The notes under the pieces are model-generated. The model worked only from the letters and a program-made list of their open reading frames with translations. It did not search any database and was not told the DNA's origin. The translations under genes and the position numbers were made by a program. A DNA stretch of 64,000 nt from Candidatus Magasanikbacteria bacterium GW2011_GWA2_56_11. Lineage in GTDB: Bacteria > Patescibacteriota > Patescibacteriia > Magasanikbacterales > UBA922. Every line of letters starts with the position of its first letter. The stretch's first letter is position 1. The stretch is taken from positions 1,459 to 65,458 of the forward strand of contig LCRX01000009.1 of NCBI GenBank assembly GCA_001004885.1, in the 5' to 3' direction. Below are positions 60,194 to 64,000 of the stretch, in pieces.

Positions 60194-60667
60194 ATGGCCC
60201 AATCGTCGAAAAAAAAAGAGCGCGGCCCGATTTTCGCCATGGTGCTCGATGACCGGGAATCGGGCCAGGGTATTTATCCGGCCCGGGCAGTAGCAGCCGC
60301 CCCCGATCCGGCCGGTTGGCAGCTCGAATCCGCCGAGGGAAAGCTGGCAGTGGACATAGCCGAGACGCCGACCCATGTGCTGGTGGTGTCTACGATAGCG
60401 GGCGCTTCCCTGCGCGATATTGAAGTCTATTTGCACAATGATTTGTTGACTATCCGGGGCGAAAGACGCTGCCCGATCGGGAGCTTGCCCGGGGCGACCT
60501 ACATATATCAGGAATGTTTTTGGGGTAAATTTTCCCGCACCGTGGTTTTGCCCACCCATGTCAAGGCAGAACTGGCTAGCGCCGAGTATAAATACGGAGT
60601 TTTGACGATCAGTGTCCCCAAACGCACGACCGACACGCGCATCGCGGTCCGGATCGTTGAAGAGTAA
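60194..60667 (+). CDS. Hsp20/alpha-crystallin small heat-shock protein
   Basis: Alpha-crystallin domain with the GVLTISVPK motif. Confidence 0.85.
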   Translation: MAQSSKKKERGPIFAMVLDDRESGQGIYPARAVAAAPDPAGWQLESAEGKLAVDIAETPTHVLVVSTIAGASLRDIEVYLHNDLLTIRGERRCPIGSLPGATYIYQECFWGKFSRTVVLPTHVKAELASAEYKYGVLTISVPKRTTDTRIAVRIVEE

Positions 60668-60681
60668 CTACGACCGCAGTT

Positions 60682-62700
60682 ATGGGAGAAGCCAATCAGC
60701 CAGTCAGTCCTGGGACGGTTTTCACCAGACGGACTTTAGTCATCGTCGCCGGCGTTGTTATCGCCGCCGGCTTAATTTTCATTGCCGTTTTGGCTTACCT
60801 GGCGACGCAGGCCAAGGGCTTGGCACTGCCTTCGGCGCGCGTCGGCAGCCTGCCGATCGGAGGGTTGAGTCGGGAAGAAGTCCGCATGGTCGTCGCGGAC
60901 ATGCAGGCCAAACTCGCCAAAGAAGGGGTAGAGGTAATGGCCTATCTGCCGGCAGGCAGTATTGAATTCAGGGTTTACCCGGAAGTAACAATCGATGCTG
61001 CCGCCGAAGCCGAGCGCCTGGTAGCGCACGGCAACCAGGGCGCTCTGATCGGGCGCGGCTGGCAGGTACTTGCCAGCCGTTGGCAGGAGCTCGATTTGAC
61101 GCTCAAGACTGTGGCCGTGGATTCCGAAGGTCTTTTGGCCGCGGTGAGCCAGCATTTAGCGCCCTACCAGTCGCCTCCGGTCAATGCCGCGGTGCGTTTT
61201 AAGTCTGTCGAGCCGCTGGTCTACGAGATTACCACCTCCTCTGCCGGTACTGTCTTCAAACTTGAAGACCTGCCCGGTACGGTCGTCCGGAGTTGGTCGG
61301 TCCTGGCCGCGCCGTCTGTTACCCTAGAAGGAGAGAGGCGGGAGCCGGAGATAACCGAGGCCGACATCGAGGCCGGCAGCGGGCGGCTGCCGGCGTTGTT
61401 CGCCGGCGGGGCCGTTACCCTGACCTACCATGACGAGACTTTAAAAAAAAATTATTCGTGGAAAATCACTCCCCGGATGATGGCCGATTGGCTGGAACCT
61501 TACCTGGTCATGGACGGGGGGGTGGATTTTCGTCTCAACCGGCAATCGCTCCAGGATTTTTTTGACAATTCGGTAACGCCGAAAATCAATGCGGCGCCGG
61601 AAAACGCCCGTTTTTCAGCCAACGAAAGCCTGACGAAAGTCATCGAATTTACGCCGTCGCGCCCCGGGATCACTTTGGACGCCGAGACGACCGCCGGCGC
61701 GTTGTCCGCCGTCCTGTCGCAGCGCGCCGCCCAAGAGAACGCTTCGAGCACGTTTGCGGTTGCCGTTACCCAGGTGAAGCCGGAGATCGCTACCGCCCAA
61801 ACCAATAATTTGGGCATCGCCGAAGTGCTGGGAGTCGGATATTCCAACTTTTCCGGCAGCCCGCGCAACCGCATTTTGAATATAAAAAACGCTGTTAAAA
61901 ACAAACTTCACGGCACGCTCGTCAAGCCGGGAGAAGAATTTTCACTGGTCGGCACGCTCAAGCCGTTTACTCTCGATGCCGGGTACCTGCCGGAGCTGGT
62001 GATCTTGGGCAATCGCATTACGCCGGAGATAGCCGGCGGGCTGTGCCAGGTAGGCACTACCATGTTCCGCGCGGCCATGAATTCGGCTTTGCCGATTACC
62101 GCCCGCACCAATCACGGTTTGGTGGTGTCTTATTACAATGATCCGGCGAACGGCAACCCAGGAACTGACGCCACCATTTACGAACCGTGGCCGGATTTCC
62201 GGTTTAAAAATGACACCGACAAATATCTGCTTATCACTACCGAGATGAACACTGCCACCGGTGATCTGGTCTTTACCGTTTGGGGCACAAACGACGGCCG
62301 CAAGGGCTATTATACGGCGCCCAAAGTTTTGCAATGGTTTCCGGCCGGGCCGGCGCAGACTATAGAGACGACGGATTTGCCGCCGGGCAAAAAAGAGTGC
62401 CAGGGGGTGCACAACGGCGCTACGGCTGCCTTCAATTATATCCGCGAACTGGCCACCGGAGAAAAAATAACCCGCGAGTTTAAGAGCACGTACCGGGCTG
62501 TTCCATCGACGTGCTACGTGGGCGCGGCCAAGAAACCGGACTGCGCTCCGGACGACGCCGGCTGCGTGCCGGAGCAGCCGGCTGAGAGCGATACTCCGGC
62601 TGAGTCGGCAGAGACGCAAACGCCCCCGGCAGAGCCAGACTCCGCGCCTCCGGCAGAAACACCGGAGCCAGCCTCAGAAGTACCATCAGCCGCTGAATAG
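60682..62700 (+). CDS. VanW-family protein with an N-terminal TM anchor and a Pro/Glu-rich C-terminal tail
   Basis: VanW-domain-like core (ILNIKNAVKNKLHGTLVKPGEEFSLVG...YLPELVILGNRITPEIAGGLCQVGTTMFRAA). Confidence 0.8.
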   Translation: MGEANQPVSPGTVFTRRTLVIVAGVVIAAGLIFIAVLAYLATQAKGLALPSARVGSLPIGGLSREEVRMVVADMQAKLAKEGVEVMAYLPAGSIEFRVYPEVTIDAAAEAERLVAHGNQGALIGRGWQVLASRWQELDLTLKTVAVDSEGLLAAVSQHLAPYQSPPVNAAVRFKSVEPLVYEITTSSAGTVFKLEDLPGTVVRSWSVLAAPSVTLEGERREPEITEADIEAGSGRLPALFAGGAVTLTYHDETLKKNYSWKITPRMMADWLEPYLVMDGGVDFRLNRQSLQDFFDNSVTPKINAAPENARFSANESLTKVIEFTPSRPGITLDAETTAGALSAVLSQRAAQENASSTFAVAVTQVKPEIATAQTNNLGIAEVLGVGYSNFSGSPRNRILNIKNAVKNKLHGTLVKPGEEFSLVGTLKPFTLDAGYLPELVILGNRITPEIAGGLCQVGTTMFRAAMNSALPITARTNHGLVVSYYNDPANGNPGTDATIYEPWPDFRFKNDTDKYLLITTEMNTATGDLVFTVWGTNDGRKGYYTAPKVLQWFPAGPAQTIETTDLPPGKKECQGVHNGATAAFNYIRELATGEKITREFKSTYRAVPSTCYVGAAKKPDCAPDDAGCVPEQPAESDTPAESAETQTPPAEPDSAPPAETPEPASEVPSAAE

Positions 62701-62784
62701 CGCTTCGAGTCTATTTTGGAGTGGCGGCTACGAGATAAATTTGCCTTAAATAAGGCAAATTTTGTTCATCCACAAGCACTGTCT

Positions 62785-62813
62785 TGACAAAAAGGGATTT
62801 TTTTGGTAATATT
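62785..62813 (+). promoter_or_regulatory. consensus-like sigma70 promoter TTGACA-N17-TAATAT
   Basis: Hexamers read directly. Confidence 0.45.
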
Positions 62814-62819
62814 TGCTGT

Positions 62820-63048
62820 TGCCCTGAATTCGGGCGCAACGCGCAAAACTTTGTTATCCGGACCCCTAGATAATCATCGGTTCGAGGATCCAGAGTAAGT
62901 ATGTAGTTAGTGAGCTTGTAAGGCTAAATACATACCACCCTGTATCCACGACAAGCATGGGGGTGTGTGGTAGGGGAGTACAGGCTGCGGCTCGTCTTTT
63001 CCTATGACACACCTTCTTGGATACGGGTAGGATCCATCCTAACCATAA
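62820..63048 (+). ncRNA. candidate small RNA of about 230-260 nt, bounded by a promoter and an intrinsic terminator
   Basis: No ORF; GC-rich structured region; not recognisable as tmRNA, SRP RNA or RNase P by their hallmark motifs. Confidence 0.25.
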
Positions 63049-63085
63049 TAAAACCCCCCGTTACCGGGGGTTTTTGTTTTTTTAA
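63049..63085. terminator. bidirectional rho-independent terminator (aacccccg / cgggggtt plus T-run)
   Basis: Lies between the candidate sRNA on the plus strand and the clpP 3' end on the minus strand. Confidence 0.6.
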
Positions 63086-63094
63086 ATTTTATGT

Positions 63095-63724
63095 TCAGGC
63101 GATCACTTTGTCGGCCAGCCCGTAAGCCACGGATTCTTCGGCGCTCATAAAGTAATCGCGGTCTGTGTCGCGTTCTATTTTGGCGAGATCCTGGCCGGTG
63201 TGCTCGACCAGAATTTGGTTCAGCCGATCTTTAATCTTGAGTATGCGTTCGGCGTGGATTTTGATGTCGCTCGCCTGGCCCTGGACTCCGCCCAAAACCT
63301 GGTGGATCATCACTTCGCTGTTGGGGAGGCAAAAACGTTTGCCTTTTTCTCCCGCGGCCAGAAGCACCGAGGCCATGCTGGCCGCCAGTCCGATGCAGAT
63401 GGTCGAGACGTTCGGCTTGATGTATTGCATGGTGTCGTATATGGCCATGCCGGCAGTAACCGACCCGCCCGGCGAATTGATGTAGAGCTTGATGTCTTTG
63501 TCCGGATCCTGGTTTTCGAGGAAGAGCATCTGGGCGATAACTATGTTGGCCACGTGGTCGTCAACCGGCGTACCCAGGAAAATGATCCGATCCTTGAGGA
63601 GGCGCGAGTAAATGTCGTAGGCGCGTTCGCCGTAGGCGGTTTTTTCAATAACGGTCGGGATGAGTATTTGCGCGGTTATTTCGGCCGCGGCCGGAGTCTT
63701 TTCAGCCGTAACTAGGGAAGTCAT
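63095..63724 (-). CDS. clpP: ATP-dependent Clp protease proteolytic subunit
   Basis: Ser-His-Asp triad context [16 protein letters not shown]...MIHQ. Confidence 0.95.
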   Translation of the reverse strand: MTSLVTAEKTPAAAEITAQILIPTVIEKTAYGERAYDIYSRLLKDRIIFLGTPVDDHVANIVIAQMLFLENQDPDKDIKLYINSPGGSVTAGMAIYDTMQYIKPNVSTICIGLAASMASVLLAAGEKGKRFCLPNSEVMIHQVLGGVQGQASDIKIHAERILKIKDRLNQILVEHTGQDLAKIERDTDRDYFMSAEESVAYGLADKVIA

Positions 63725-63840
63725 AATATGGGGTGGGATTAAGTACCGGAAAATCTTACGTTAAGTATAACACTTTCTCTCTTTTTTTCAATTATTTCTG
63801 GCGATTGTCGAGCGGCATCCGGCCGCCCGCAAACGGGGCT

Positions 63841-64000
63841 TAATCCCGGACAGCGGCCAGCACCTTTTCGAGCACCTCCTCGACAGTGCCCGCGACCGTA
63901 AATCCGGCCGCTTTTTTGTGTCCGCCCCCGCCGAGTTTTTTGGCCCAGGCCGAGACGTCCAGGTCATCGCGCGTGGTGCGAAAGCTGCCCTTTACAGTGC
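63841..64000 (-). CDS. 3' end of a DHH/DHHA1-family phosphoesterase gene (NrnA-like), partial
   Basis: C-terminal LGGGGHKKAAGF is the DHHA1 GGGH motif; the ORF continues beyond the window edge. Confidence 0.45.

Noticed and set aside
62820-63048. Calling the clpP-proximal noncoding RNA a tmRNA, SRP RNA or RNase P RNA
   Set aside because: It lacks a tag-peptide frame ending ALAA-stop, a tRNA-like 3' end, the SRP domain IV motif, and the RNase P P4 GGAAAGTCCGGGC-type sequence.

Overview
The window looks like a chromosome segment from a Candidate Phyla Radiation (Patescibacteria)-type bacterium, with a host background of about 55-60% GC. Core content is the str operon (rpsL-rpsG-fusA), tuf-rpsJ, and an S10/spc-type ribosomal protein cluster running from rplC to rplO and secY. 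The cluster has no rpmD, and it is not followed by infA-rpmJ-rpsM-rpsK-rpoA. Also present are adk, map, ndk, trmD, asnS, ruvX, recO, clpP, hsp20 and a VanW-family gene. A stand-alone 16S rRNA carries an 866-nt group I intron encoding a LAGLIDADG homing endonuclease, and appears to lack about 150 nt of the 3' major domain. It has its own terminator and no 23S downstream. There are two tRNAs: Pro(GGG) on the plus strand and Ser(GCU) on the minus strand. The most notable block (43.4-57.6 kb) is a minimal type IV secretion-like module. It contains a 1928-aa protein with a polytopic VirB6/TrbL-like N-terminus and a roughly 1500-aa coiled-coil tail, two paralogous unknown proteins, a PrgI/VirB3-like protein, a VirB4 ATPase split into two ORFs, and a VirB8-like anchored protein. 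It is followed by comF and radC. Two families of structured repeats of about 160 bp are interspersed: family A has 5 copies in the same orientation immediately 5' of genes, and family B has 6 copies of a MITE-like element with terminal inverted repeats, one nested inside an A copy. Three segments of about 70% GC look foreign (1-340, 1500-3260, 33890-34830), and one AT-rich islet sits next to tRNA-Ser. Four genes show apparent frame disruptions: an M50 protease, rplC, VirB4 and a GIY-YIG gene. Several consensus sigma70-type promoters and rho-independent terminators are visible, including two that bracket candidate small RNAs.
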